Positions 28,851 through 39,253 of a DNA stretch of 64,000 nt are shown here, in pieces. Below the pieces are notes generated by a model, which saw only the letters and a program-made list of their open reading frames with translations, was not told where the DNA came from and searched no databases. The stretch comes from a virus (taxonomy: Duplodnaviria; Caudoviricetes), in IMG/VR virus record IMGVR_UViG_3300029913_000001; one strand, 5' to 3'. The position numbers were made by a program, and so were the translations under genes. The first letter of the stretch is position 1; every line of letters starts with the position of its first letter.

Positions 28851-29123
28851 ATGCCTGACGATTTTCTCAATGGAATGAAAAATTTTGTTAACGGCTGGTG
28901 TGAGCGTGAAGCTCGAATTCGGCGTGCTAATGAAGGTCGGCGGCGATGTGTACATGAAATTGGCTGGATGCAGAATAAAATTTCTGAACTAGAAAAGAAA
29001 CTCGTTAATCGACCTTCAACTATCAAAGAAATTAATAATTTAAAACATCAGATTCGAGAGCATGAGGTTAAACTCGCTTTCGATCCCTATCTCAACCCCG
29101 ACTGGAAATGCGATGAAAATTAG
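28851..29123 (+). CDS. hypothetical protein
   Basis: AGGA RBS. Confidence 0.65.
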   Translation: MPDDFLNGMKNFVNGWCEREARIRRANEGRRRCVHEIGWMQNKISELEKKLVNRPSTIKEINNLKHQIREHEVKLAFDPYLNPDWKCDEN

Positions 29124-29376
29124 TGACGTACGGAAAATTTATCCAGATGCGATTGCCGTTCACTATTCTTTTTGGCGAAATAGTAATTTTGCAATTTGTG
29201 CCGGCATTCCAAATTTCGAAAAATATCTTCGTGACGTATTTATATTTTCCTCTCGAGACTATAGTGTATATAAAGGCATGCTTCGATTATCTGAATGGTC
29301 TGAGAACGCCGATAGCGCATGGCAGTCTGCATTCGAACGAATTGACCGAGAATTAATTAATAGGTTATCGGAATGA
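29113..29376 (+). CDS. small early protein, YPDA...ELINRLSE family
   Basis: paralog of 1856-2107. Confidence 0.75.
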   Translation: MKISDVRKIYPDAIAVHYSFWRNSNFAICAGIPNFEKYLRDVFIFSSRDYSVYKGMLRLSEWSENADSAWQSAFERIDRELINRLSE

Positions 29377-29690
29377 TAGAACGCTCTTCATCCGAAAAAG
29401 TAAACGCCGACTTCTGGAATGTCAGCAACCAAGAAGAGTATCTGAAAATACGAGGCTATCTTTTAGAGAAAAGTTTTCTAATTTACTCATTAGACAATGC
29501 GGATCCGAGATTTAAACTCTTTAGAAATAAATTTAACCGGCTCGACAATATGTTTGATTGCGGTATTTTCTTCACCAATAGAACAAAATTTAATACAAAT
29601 CGAACCTTCTCAAAAAAAGAACTCGACAAAGCAAATCGTATTTTACAATCAATTCGAGATCTTTTATTAATCATACGTATAGAACAATAA
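29373..29690 (+). CDS. small early protein, tail LLLIIRIEQ
   Basis: ATGA-coupled. Confidence 0.7.
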   Translation: MIERSSSEKVNADFWNVSNQEEYLKIRGYLLEKSFLIYSLDNADPRFKLFRNKFNRLDNMFDCGIFFTNRTKFNTNRTFSKKELDKANRILQSIRDLLLIIRIEQ

Positions 29691-29905
29691 TGCGCATTGA
29701 AAATAAAAAAGAATACTATGATAAAATCCGGCCATATTTATTCGGTCTCTATACCTGCGATAGTGTCGCCTCCTTAGATCTCGGACGGCTATGCGATTTT
29801 ATTCAATTTATCGATTATAATGTTGATAATAATCAAATGAAAAAAGCAAATAGCAGGCTACAAGAAATGTTAAATTTTCTTTTAATTATCAAATTATCGA
29901 GGTAA
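29690..29905 (+). CDS. small early protein, tail FLLIIKLSR
   Basis: TAATG-coupled; similar to previous ORF. Confidence 0.7.
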   Translation: MRIENKKEYYDKIRPYLFGLYTCDSVASLDLGRLCDFIQFIDYNVDNNQMKKANSRLQEMLNFLLIIKLSR

Positions 29906-29907
29906 TA

Positions 29908-30123
29908 ATGAAAAAACGTGAAATAAAATTCCTTGCTTGCGAAAAATTATTAGGTAAAATGGATCGAATCTTAGAAAATATTATTGTTGATTCAGCTAGA
30001 AATCATCCTAGAGCAGTCTATTTAAATACCCGAGCACTTCATCGTTATGCTACGGAATTACAGCAGAGGTTTCCAAATGCTACCCGACTCGACCTTGAAT
30101 TAATTAATAAACTTTCGAGCTAA
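29908..30123 (+). CDS. small early protein, tail ELINKLSS
   Basis: GAGG RBS. Confidence 0.7.
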   Translation: MKKREIKFLACEKLLGKMDRILENIIVDSARNHPRAVYLNTRALHRYATELQQRFPNATRLDLELINKLSS

Positions 30124-30185
30124 AATATGCAACTAAAAAATTACAAGAAATGTTAAACCTGTTATTAATACTTAAATTAGAACGA

Positions 30186-30215
30186 GAAAAAGCCACTCCT
30201 AGGAGTGGCTTTTTC
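30186..30215. terminator. perfect 30-bp palindromic bidirectional terminator
   Basis: GAAAAAGCCACTCCT|AGGAGTGGCTTTTTC between convergent operons. Confidence 0.9.
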
Positions 30216-30229
30216 GTATGTTTATAATT

Positions 30230-30433
30230 TTAATCCACACGCCGATAAACTCCGGCGGCAATTACTAACTCCTCCGGTACAAGCATTTCTTTAACTGGAA
30301 CACCATTGGCATACCCCGTAAACCGTCCCAATGATTCTAAACCAACTATATTCTGCGTACCAACTCCGCCCAGATAAATTCCTGTAATCCGAAAGGAATT
30401 ATGACTAACAATTACAATATCACCCACTTTCAT
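30230..30433 (-). CDS. small SH3-like hypothetical protein
   Basis: MKVGDIV start. Confidence 0.65.
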   Translation of the reverse strand: MKVGDIVIVSHNSFRITGIYLGGVGTQNIVGLESLGRFTGYANGVPVKEMLVPEELVIAAGVYRRVD

Positions 30434-30447
30434 CTAATGCTCTTTTT

Positions 30448-30906
30448 TCATTCATTAATTGAAATATCTTCTAATCCAGCCGCACGAAGTTTTGCAATCG
30501 CACTTAAAGAATAACTCTTAGATTCAAGCCCTTTCATGATAGAAAGATACTTATTTCGAATTAGAGCAACTTCATTAATAGCTTCCTCAAAATCACAAAC
30601 CTCTTTTTCGCCTTCTGCATAGCGTTCTGCATCTCGAGAGGTTAACGCTTTATTATAGGTTTCGAGATATTTTTTAAAATTAGTTTGCTTGATTTGTTTT
30701 AGTTGAATATTAAGATAGACCAATATAGCTTCGATTTCTTGTAATTGAGTGAACCGCCACTCGGTTACTCCAGGCAATGCGGCCAAATTTTTTTCCACAT
30801 TGCCTTTTAATTGAACCTCAACTCGAGCTTCGGATAATTCTTTATTGTAGTAATCCATCATTGCATCTAAAAAACTTAGGTCTTTAGATATTTTTTGAAA
30901 CCACAT
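30448..30906 (-). CDS. uvsY: recombination mediator UvsY-like
   Basis: helical 152 aa, LTSRDAERYAEGE motif, downstream of RecA. Confidence 0.8.
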   Translation of the reverse strand: MWFQKISKDLSFLDAMMDYYNKELSEARVEVQLKGNVEKNLAALPGVTEWRFTQLQEIEAILVYLNIQLKQIKQTNFKKYLETYNKALTSRDAERYAEGEKEVCDFEEAINEVALIRNKYLSIMKGLESKSYSLSAIAKLRAAGLEDISINE

Positions 30907-30908
30907 TA

Positions 30909-31151
30909 CTATTCCTCATCTTCCGAAGGATCCCAATAGGCATCATCCGCATCTTCCTCTTCTGCAACAATCTGATAGGCTTCATTCAAATCAGAATCTA
31001 AATCGGCTACGGCTCGTAATTCATCCTTATCCAAAATAGAATTAAGATAGCTAACTAATTGTTCTGCGGCCGAGGTATGATCGCGGCGCGGAATATATTC
31101 TACTAACAACTGCCAACATTCAGAAATTAATTCAGGCGTTTCTTTCGTCAT
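30909..31151 (-). CDS. acidic hypothetical protein
   Basis: ORF in operon. Confidence 0.7.
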   Translation of the reverse strand: MTKETPELISECWQLLVEYIPRRDHTSAAEQLVSYLNSILDKDELRAVADLDSDLNEAYQIVAEEEDADDAYWDPSEDEE

Positions 31152-31163
31152 AATGATCCTTTA

Positions 31164-31556
31164 TTATCTGCTAGTTACATTATAGGCAGTACTCTTATCA
31201 TGCAAATCTGCTGCCCAATTATTCATTTGCATGATAGTAGTCCCTTCATCCATAACGTTAATAATTTGATTATCCTTAAGGGCCGTTAAATCGGGTGAAT
31301 TTGCAGTTAATCTTTCGACAACTCCATGCTCTTCCATTGCCGCAACAGCAAGCGCGGCAATTTTTCTCAAATCAGGTAATGCACTATAATCACCATTAGT
31401 TGTACTGACTAATTCCATAGCATGTTTTATATAATGATCTAGGTAAACCAAATATTCTGTTACGCTATGATTATGCGCTGGGCGTGGCCATCTAATGTCC
31501 TGGTAGTCACGCTCAGTAGAAATTATGTTAAATACTTCTTGTCGTATATTAGTCAA
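31164..31556 (-). CDS. MazG-like all-alpha NTP pyrophosphatase-fold protein
   Basis: ERDYQ..W, EYLVYL, LRKIAALAVAAME. Confidence 0.5.
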   Translation of the reverse strand: MTNIRQEVFNIISTERDYQDIRWPRPAHNHSVTEYLVYLDHYIKHAMELVSTTNGDYSALPDLRKIAALAVAAMEEHGVVERLTANSPDLTALKDNQIINVMDEGTTIMQMNNWAADLHDKSTAYNVTSR

Positions 31557-33687
31557 TAAGTTCTCCTTTCTGTTTTTCTTTAGATGTCCACAGCCAGCTA
31601 TCTTGCCCGCAATCCCAAATTCTATCTAGATTAAGTATATTTTTTGTTATTTGAGATTCGGTATAAATCGACCAGTCTTCGTTTAGAGGATTTAATTTTG
31701 GATCTGCACTTAATTTAAGCAGCTTCTTTTTAGTGAATTTACTACGATGCCATCTGGTTAAATAATCTGTATACCAATAGATAGGTTTACCATTAGATAT
31801 CTTATTAAAACCCAATTTCGCATATACTTTACCGGTGAACCAGCGTCTGTCACAATAACTTATAATCGACTTTGGCTGTAACTCAGAGAGCATAAATTTC
31901 CATAATTTTTCAACTCCGCCAATAATAATTGTATCATTCTTAAATACCAATCTCAATAATTCCCATTCAGAAGTTTTATTGTATCGTGGTCTGCCAAAAG
32001 TCATGGCGGCAACAATTTCATTATTATATTTCATCACGAATGCGCTATTTCCACTAACCCACCCCTGGAGATGATTATTATCAAGGAACTCCTTTAAATC
32101 AATGTTATCAATTTTTTCAATACTGCATTTTCTTGCATAAATTCTGGTCCCATAACCCAATGAATTTTTAATAATCGATTTGCAAATGTCCGGTTTTTTG
32201 CACCATTCATCTTCGAAAATTGAAAGCAGTTGAATATTCTGTTCGGCACATTTCTTGAATTTATCGTAATGGTATGAGTGTGATTTATTGCCGGCATATT
32301 CACTATGCCAATAATTCCCGTTAAATTCAATTGCAAAATTTTTCGAAGGAATTAAAATATCTATTTCTTTCGGAGCGCATATTGTCCGATCGTGCATCTT
32401 AATTTCTGCTTCAATAAATGTAGAAAGCCAATTATTAATTTCGTGCTCATAGCAACTTGATTTCGAAGAAATATAATTTAAACCGTATTTATTGTGTGTT
32501 ACATATATAGTTGTTTCGGATACTCCCAATTTATTAATAATTTCTGGAAGACTATAAATTTTGAATAAATCCGAGAATTTTTCTTTATCATTTAAAATTT
32601 CTAAGGCATACGCAGAGTAATGTTTTTGCAGTGCAAAAGGAACACCATATTTTCGAAGCATCGTATCTTTCATCTTTTGCCGAACAGTAGCAGAAGACGC
32701 GGGCGATATTCCCCCATATTTTTCTACATTGGTTGCGTGAATTCGATTTTGAATTTCTATCGATAATAAAGGATTATCCACGCCATATTTTTCGAGATTT
32801 GTTTTCTTACTTTTATCTCGAAATTCTTTTACTTGGCCAACATTTTCAACACCGTATTTTTTAATATTAGTTTCTTTTGTTTTATTTTTTATTTCTTCCG
32901 ATTGAGCTGCATATTCTTCGCCGTATTTTTCGAAATTTGTTTCTTTAATTTTTTCTTTTATTTCCGTTGATTTAAACGGGTTATCCACGCCATATCTTTC
33001 TATATTTGTTTTCTTAATTTTATTAAGTATTTGTGGTGATTGTGTAGGATATTCTACTCCAAAACGAAATAAATTAGTATCACAAATTTTTTTCTTAATT
33101 TCCGGCCGTTGTGTAGGAAATTCAAACCCAAATTTTTCAAGATTTGACTGGCGAACCATATTCCGGTATTCTTCATTCTGCATCGGATGCTCGACGCCGA
33201 ATCTTTCTAAATTGGTTTCTTTAATTTTATCTTTAATGGCCGAGGCTTGCGTGATAAATTCAACGCCATATTTTTCGAGATTTGTTTCTTTAATTTTTTC
33301 TTTTATTTCCGCTGATTTAAACGGATTATCCACTCCGTATCTTTGAATAGTAGTTCGGCGCCTCTTCTCGGTTGTGCTAGATAGTTTGCTAGGATGTGCA
33401 ACTCCATATTTTTTCAAGTTAGTTTCTGTTTTACTTGCCTGAGCGGCTCTACAGCCCTTATCACAAAAGAATATATGATTCCACCCAGAAATATAACGAT
33501 GCTTACCGGAGCCGCAAGGGCAAAGAATTTGTTCTTTAGTAATTGCAGTATAAATTTTTTCTTTATTTGTTATAGCATTTTCATCACAATTAAGCAACAC
33601 CCATTCCCATGCAGCTACATTTTTAGAAATCAATGCAACCGCATGGTTAGCATGTTGTTTAATTGTTTGTATTATCCACGATTTCAT
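31549..33687 (-). mobile_element. free-standing homing-endonuclease-like gene with tandem KxKETNLEKYGV repeats and PD-(D/E)xK/Vsr-like domain
   Basis: about a dozen ~23-aa repeats; EIDILIP..AIEFNGNYWHS; overlaps recA 3' end. Confidence 0.8.
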
Positions 33688-34738
33688 TATCTTCGGTTCC
33701 CTCTAATAATAGGTTAGTAGTACGATCAGAATCGAATTCTTTCATAATGAGATCCAAAATACCATCCGAGTTAGTTAGATATTCCTTACGCCAATGCTTA
33801 TGTTCAATGCCAGATAAATCGGCATACACATATCTATTTCCTTCCTTAGCAATCAACTTTTGCTTTTCAAATAAATCAAACAATCCCGAATAGGGATCTA
33901 TTCCAGTTGTCCAAGGGATTACCACTTCTACGGCTTCGAACGGCTTATTATAACGAGTTTTCAAAATTTTACATTTTGATCGAATACCCAATACGTCGGA
34001 CCCTTTTACACCGTCTTCATTTTCTTTTAATTTAAGAGGATTCATTGAAACAACAATACTTGCGGCGAAAAGGGGGCCGCTTCCGCCGGAAATAATATCG
34101 TCTGTATATTTATCTTGCGAAGAATAAGTATGATTGGTTGCTATCATGCCAATTTCTAAATCCCCGAACATGTTAACACAATTAATAATAAGTGCCTTTA
34201 ACTGTTTTGCCTTAATACCCATATCGCCTTTTAACTCGCCAGCGGCAAACTGGTCAATCATTGTAGGTGTTAAAAGCATACCAAGACTGTCGATAACGAA
34301 CAATACTTTTGGACGATCCTCAATTGGAATATCCCGATATTGCTGAACAAAATCATTAATCATTTTGGCAACATCATTAATCATTGCCATGTTAAGTTTT
34401 AATAGTTTCTCGTCACTGGTATCTACACCAATAGCTTGTAGCCACGCCTCATCGAGCGCATTTTCCGAATCTACTAAAATTACATAAATTCCTTGGGCCT
34501 GCGCATTTTTAATGATACTTCCGGATGCTACTAAAGATTTTCCCGCACCCGGTGAACCAGCCAAAATAGAAACCTTACCTAAAGGTACCCCGGCAGTAAA
34601 ACTTCCGGAAATTAAATAATTAAGACAATAGTTACCGGTTGAAATCCAAGTTTTTGGATCGCGAAATCCTACAGACATTCCAGGAATTGATTTAGTGATT
34701 CCACGTCTAAATTTTGCTACATCGAAAGGCTTACCCAT
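33659..34738 (-). CDS. uvsX: RecA/UvsX recombinase
   Basis: GSPGAGKS Walker A, VDSENALD, VIDSLG, ATNHTY, SGG. Confidence 0.93.
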   Translation of the reverse strand: MGKPFDVAKFRRGITKSIPGMSVGFRDPKTWISTGNYCLNYLISGSFTAGVPLGKVSILAGSPGAGKSLVASGSIIKNAQAQGIYVILVDSENALDEAWLQAIGVDTSDEKLLKLNMAMINDVAKMINDFVQQYRDIPIEDRPKVLFVIDSLGMLLTPTMIDQFAAGELKGDMGIKAKQLKALIINCVNMFGDLEIGMIATNHTYSSQDKYTDDIISGGSGPLFAASIVVSMNPLKLKENEDGVKGSDVLGIRSKCKILKTRYNKPFEAVEVVIPWTTGIDPYSGLFDLFEKQKLIAKEGNRYVYADLSGIEHKHWRKEYLTNSDGILDLIMKEFDSDRTTNLLLEGTEDNEIVDNTNN

Positions 34739-34816
34739 AAGTAATACTCCTTTTATTTTAAATTGTTAATGGGGATGAGGCCAAGTATTAAACTGGCCTC
34801 ATGTTAGAAAGGATTA

Positions 34817-35800
34817 TTACTTTGCCTGGCCGCGAGCCTTAATCTTTGCTAAAATATCTTCAGCAGATGGACGATTGCTAGCCGGAGCAGGAACCGTTTT
34901 AACCGGTGAAGAACTTGTCGCTTCTTCGTGTGTTACTTCTGAAACCTTGGCAGCAGGAAGCTGCTCGGTAAGAGAAGTAGATACGGTTGACTCGTCGCCC
35001 TTATCAAACTTCATGCCTGATGGACGATAAAACTTACCCCAACGTTCAGGATCATATTCTTCTCCATCAACTGATGCTTCGAACATCTCAACAATAACCT
35101 TAAGGTCAATGTCGGTGGGCTTCTTGCCAAGTAACTCAGACAAGTTACTCAACTTATATTGCTCAATTGCATCTAATTCAGTCTGTGTAAGTGCAGATTC
35201 ACGTCGTGCATAAGAACTTGTACCATAATCTGCATATTGGCTCTTTTGCGTCTTAGCGATACGGAAATCAGTTCCCTTTTCATAATCACTGGGAATATTT
35301 TCCATATCGACATCCCTAAGGCCAGCCTTTACTAAATTGATAAGTTGCTTGTTAAGTGAAAACTTACGGATTGGATTCTCCGGAGCCTTATCATCTGGAA
35401 CGGCATTCTCTCGAACAAATCCCTGCATAAGATAAGATGGCTTCTTCCAATACTTATTGGCTGTTTCCTTCATGCTAGGATCCTTATACCATGCTCGAAC
35501 TTGGGCTAGTATAGGGCAGCCTTGCGGATATTCGGACTTCGGGAACATTTCAACGCAAGGTACACTTACTGTAACTGGCTTTGAATCTCCACCTTTAATA
35601 CCCAAAAATGGGAGCTTAATCTGAAGTTTTTCTACCCAAAAGAAGGGATTAGTGGTATCACCATCAGGAAGAAATCGTACGGTTGAGGTGCTATCAGGTT
35701 TTCCATTCCAAAACGGAAAAAATGCATTATCACTTGTAAATGTTTTGGTTTTTTCAGCGGCTGCTAGACGAGCCCTGATTTCAGCGAGTGCGTTACCCAT
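34817..35800 (-). CDS. 32: single-stranded DNA-binding protein (T4 gp32-like)
   Basis: VRFLPD, CPIL, KYWKK, YADY..S; acidic/flexible tail. Confidence 0.88.
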   Translation of the reverse strand: MGNALAEIRARLAAAEKTKTFTSDNAFFPFWNGKPDSTSTVRFLPDGDTTNPFFWVEKLQIKLPFLGIKGGDSKPVTVSVPCVEMFPKSEYPQGCPILAQVRAWYKDPSMKETANKYWKKPSYLMQGFVRENAVPDDKAPENPIRKFSLNKQLINLVKAGLRDVDMENIPSDYEKGTDFRIAKTQKSQYADYGTSSYARRESALTQTELDAIEQYKLSNLSELLGKKPTDIDLKVIVEMFEASVDGEEYDPERWGKFYRPSGMKFDKGDESTVSTSLTEQLPAAKVSEVTHEEATSSSPVKTVPAPASNRPSAEDILAKIKARGQAK

Positions 35801-35862
35801 GTTAGTTCTCCTTGTATTCCATGTTTAATATTACAGTTCCATGTTTAATAGTACAGTTACCA
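35797..35862 (-). repeat. 20-bp tandem repeats in the gp32 leader
   Basis: CCATGTTTAATATTACAGTT (35819-35838) and CCATGTTTAATAGTACAGTT (35839-35858); AACATGG also spans the real start. Confidence 0.8.
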
Positions 35863-35879
35863 TTTGTGTTACTCTTTAT

Positions 35880-35908
35880 ATGATACACAACTATTTATCA
35901 TAAAGCAA
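35880..35908 (-). promoter_or_regulatory. sigma70-type promoter TTGCTT-17-TATCAT with a nested late-type ATAAATA
   Basis: upstream of gp32. Confidence 0.65.
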
Positions 35909-35917
35909 GAAAAATCT

Positions 35918-36136
35918 TCAATTATTATTTTTATTATTAATAACATCTTGTATCAGAGCATCTATATGATTCATTGCTTTTTCTTTATTAGGATATGAGG
36001 CATGCCGCATATAATGATCTAAATAGTTTATTTTCTTCTGGAGTGAGGCTCTATTTTTTACGACCTCGGTTATCATTTGTTGTAATCGAGGCCGCATTGT
36101 TTTCCAATATTGTTGAACATCGTCAGCGAGTTCCAT
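35918..36136 (-). CDS. hypothetical protein
   Basis: start MELADD overlapping upstream stop. Confidence 0.5.
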   Translation of the reverse strand: MELADDVQQYWKTMRPRLQQMITEVVKNRASLQKKINYLDHYMRHASYPNKEKAMNHIDALIQDVINNKNNN

Positions 36137-37544
36137 GTGCCGAGCCCGAAAGTCGTACGATATCTCGCATTTCACTTTCAACTAAATTTTCATCATCTAA
36201 TTCTTCTGATTTTGATAACAATGAAAAAGGACTCGCTTCACCATTAGTTGTCTTTAATTTATCTAATTCTTTTTTACTGTGAAATTCCTTAACTCTTTTT
36301 AAATCCGGCGTGGTAAACGGACTAGCACAGCCAGCCGCGGCTGGCTCATCTGCTTCTGTTAAGGTCATTGCTTTTAAAATCTCTTTTTTCTTTTCATGCA
36401 CTAAATTTGAAGTGGCACGGCCAGTTCGCAGTCGCTGCAACTCTGTATATAACTTTGGCTGTTTTACCTGAATAATCGCCTGCTCTAAGTTAGGGAAAAT
36501 TTTATTTGATTCGGCCCATTTAATCAATTTACTATGAAAAGGAACAGATTCCGCGATCTGTTTATTATTTGCCCATTGCTCAAACTCGCCTTCTTCCGGG
36601 AGTTTAGATTTATTATGATAAGCTCTCATAACATACGGCAGCGCAGATTTATTTTTGTCGTCTAACTCTTCACCAAAAAAATCTGTATCAGTATCATCGT
36701 CAAAATCTACAGATGCAGACTCGAGTTCTGGTGTAATCTTTGTATATCCACCTTGCGAGCTAAGTCTGCCCAACTGATGCTTAATTTCTGTGCATCGTTC
36801 TTTTGCAGAATTAAGAGCATTAATTGCTTCCGGCGTGTCAATTCTTGAACTCATATGTCGTACAAAAGAAGCTAATGCGGCCATTTCCGCTACCATATGA
36901 CAAATATTGGATCCAATCGTATCATACGGTGTGCCACCATTAAAAATATGCCGAGCCATTGCTCTTGCAGCCATTAAGCTCTTAAAAGGTAGCAAAAATT
37001 TTTCACCGGCTGCACTCGAAAGATAAATTTTCTGGATTTTACGTGAACGACTATTCTTAACCTTTGGATCAACTCTATCGGTATGCTTAATAATAATCTG
37101 CATATTTTCTAATGGTTGTTTGCTAGTTCTAACCGTGCCATCGATTGGTCCAAATGTGCTCTCAAACATTGGCGCTATATCTCTTCGAGTAATAGTTGAC
37201 TTATTAATATTTCTAACATCAAATCCTAGCATGTGCATTTTTGCAAATAATCGAATCTCACCAAGAAATTTCATCCATTCCTTCTGGGTTTCTGATTCAA
37301 CATTTGCAAGTTCGTCGCCAAAATAAATTTTGATAGAATTAGCACTATCTTGATCTTCTAAGAGCGAAATTACCACACATCCAACATCCTCTCCGTGCTT
37401 ATCTACATAATCAAAGGTAAAACACATCATCTTTGATGGATCTAAAGTAGATACACCATTCTCATCTACACTTTCTCCTAGCTCAAATCGCGACTTTAAA
37501 AAGTCATACAAATTGGTTGATACATTATCTATAACTTTTGGCAT
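36123..37544 (-). CDS. conserved head-associated hypothetical protein
   Basis: 473 aa, late promoter, several [ILV]xE[SA] sites in C-half. Confidence 0.75.
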   Translation of the reverse strand: MPKVIDNVSTNLYDFLKSRFELGESVDENGVSTLDPSKMMCFTFDYVDKHGEDVGCVVISLLEDQDSANSIKIYFGDELANVESETQKEWMKFLGEIRLFAKMHMLGFDVRNINKSTITRRDIAPMFESTFGPIDGTVRTSKQPLENMQIIIKHTDRVDPKVKNSRSRKIQKIYLSSAAGEKFLLPFKSLMAARAMARHIFNGGTPYDTIGSNICHMVAEMAALASFVRHMSSRIDTPEAINALNSAKERCTEIKHQLGRLSSQGGYTKITPELESASVDFDDDTDTDFFGEELDDKNKSALPYVMRAYHNKSKLPEEGEFEQWANNKQIAESVPFHSKLIKWAESNKIFPNLEQAIIQVKQPKLYTELQRLRTGRATSNLVHEKKKEILKAMTLTEADEPAAAGCASPFTTPDLKRVKEFHSKKELDKLKTTNGEASPFSLLSKSEELDDENLVESEMRDIVRLSGSAHGTR

Positions 37545-37576
37545 GGTAACCCTCTGTTATATTTATACGAAAACTA

Positions 37577-39253
37577 TTAATATAGATCAACAAAAAATGG
37601 TAGAGGCATTTCAATCTCTCTAAGATCATCATCCAATCCAGGAATATAATTTTTTATAGAATCTAACATACGAACAATAGTCAACATTGCGGTAACTAAA
37701 TCATCTGTTTCGCCTATTTTTGCCTCATATGAATTACCCATACTAATAAATGTTTTTAGTTCTGAAAGCAATTTTTTACTTTTTACCGTTAATTTATCTG
37801 ATTCGATTAGTTGTTTTAATTTTGAGCAAGCTGTTCTTTTACTTGAGCCGGTTGTACAGAATCCTTTCCTAAATTTTGCTGCTTGCCCCAATTTCATTGG
37901 CTCGGATAAAAATATGCCTGGAATATTTTCCTCTCCAATATCACGGATAGTCACTAATGTCGCTTCACCCACAGAATTATTTTCAACAGAATAAAATACA
38001 TTATTAATTCCAGCTATCTCGGTGAGATAGGTTGTAATTTCTGTCAAAATTTTTACTTGGCCTTCAATGGGAGTTTTATTATGACACCATTCTCCGCATT
38101 GTATCTTTGAAATTGCATCTAATATTTGAATAGCCGCCGGATCTCCTCCAGTGCCAAAACTCGGATCCAATGCAACAAGATATGTTCTATTTTTTTCTGG
38201 AGTCGTATACCATCTAATTTGCCCCATATGTTCGATTGGATCTACACCAGTCAATTCACTTAATTTAATTGGTGAAACTAGTGTTTCTTCATAGGTAACG
38301 AAGCGGCACAGAATTTCGCGTTCAAATCGTTCATTGCCGATTTTCTCTCGCCACATTGCTGCCCAGGCATCATCCCTCTCAGGATGCTCATACCAATATG
38401 CCCTGAATGCTTTGAATCCATTTATTCCTACTCCATTAGGTAAAGTATTACCCAATTCATCTTCAGTTTTATTTGCCGCATTCCATGTTTCCGCAAATAA
38501 ATCATCAGAGTTATTCGGTGTTGAAGTAATAATAGCCTTACCACCAGTAGCCGCTAAGGTAAGACTGCAAGATGTCCACATTTCTCTAGCAACTTGCTGT
38601 CTTTTAACAAACGCGAGCTCATCAAGGTATAAGATGTTTATGCTCATACCTCGACCAGTTGTTTCAGTTGTTGTTTGTGAAGCAATTTTTGAGCCATTAT
38701 CAAATACAATACTCTGCTTATTATATTCCGTTATTCCGGCACGTATAAAATCGGGCATATTTTCATATCCAAATTTTATACGTGACATAATTTCTGAAGC
38801 GCCGGTAAATTTATGGGCTGCAATAAGAATTGTCTGGTCACTTATAAACATTGCGCACCACAATAAATATCCAGCAGCAGTGACTGTATTATGACTAAGA
38901 ATATCGTTGGAATAAAATCTATGATTTTGACTATCCACAGTAATATCAAACATATTTTCGGATTCATTGCATGAAAATATGTTTTTAGTTTTTTGCAGGC
39001 CAAATTTTGTTTGAATTAATTGATTATTTTGTATATCTTTTAAAAATATTTCATTCATATTTTCATCGAAAACAATATGTGTATCGGCAGCATCCAATGC
39101 GGTATTTTCTAATTCAAGATGCCATTTTTCATAAGGAACAGTTTTATTAATAACAGATATAGGTTCCCACCCGGAATCCGTTTCAATCTCCCATTCATCG
39201 GATTCGATGGTATCAACGAATTTTCGTTCTATTTGTTCAGAAAAGTTAGACAT
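37577..39253 (-). CDS. terL: terminase large subunit C-part fused to split-intein C-fragment (122 aa, ends SHN|T)
   Basis: MFDITV..FYSNDILSHN|T; GRGMSINILYLDELAF, ITSTPN, ALDPSFG, DDLVTA. Confidence 0.93.
   Translation of the reverse strand: MSNFSEQIERKFVDTIESDEWEIETDSGWEPISVINKTVPYEKWHLELENTALDAADTHIVFDENMNEIFLKDIQNNQLIQTKFGLQKTKNIFSCNESENMFDITVDSQNHRFYSNDILSHNTVTAAGYLLWCAMFISDQTILIAAHKFTGASEIMSRIKFGYENMPDFIRAGITEYNKQSIVFDNGSKIASQTTTETTGRGMSINILYLDELAFVKRQQVAREMWTSCSLTLAATGGKAIITSTPNNSDDLFAETWNAANKTEDELGNTLPNGVGINGFKAFRAYWYEHPERDDAWAAMWREKIGNERFEREILCRFVTYEETLVSPIKLSELTGVDPIEHMGQIRWYTTPEKNRTYLVALDPSFGTGGDPAAIQILDAISKIQCGEWCHNKTPIEGQVKILTEITTYLTEIAGINNVFYSVENNSVGEATLVTIRDIGEENIPGIFLSEPMKLGQAAKFRKGFCTTGSSKRTACSKLKQLIESDKLTVKSKKLLSELKTFISMGNSYEAKIGETDDLVTAMLTIVRMLDSIKNYIPGLDDDLREIEMPLPFFVDLY

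Noticed and set aside
33659-34738. Intein in RecA or DnaB
   Set aside because: Both read continuously through Walker A at normal length.
35819-35858. 20-bp direct repeats as a CRISPR array
   Set aside because: Only two adjacent copies with no spacers; located in the gp32 leader.
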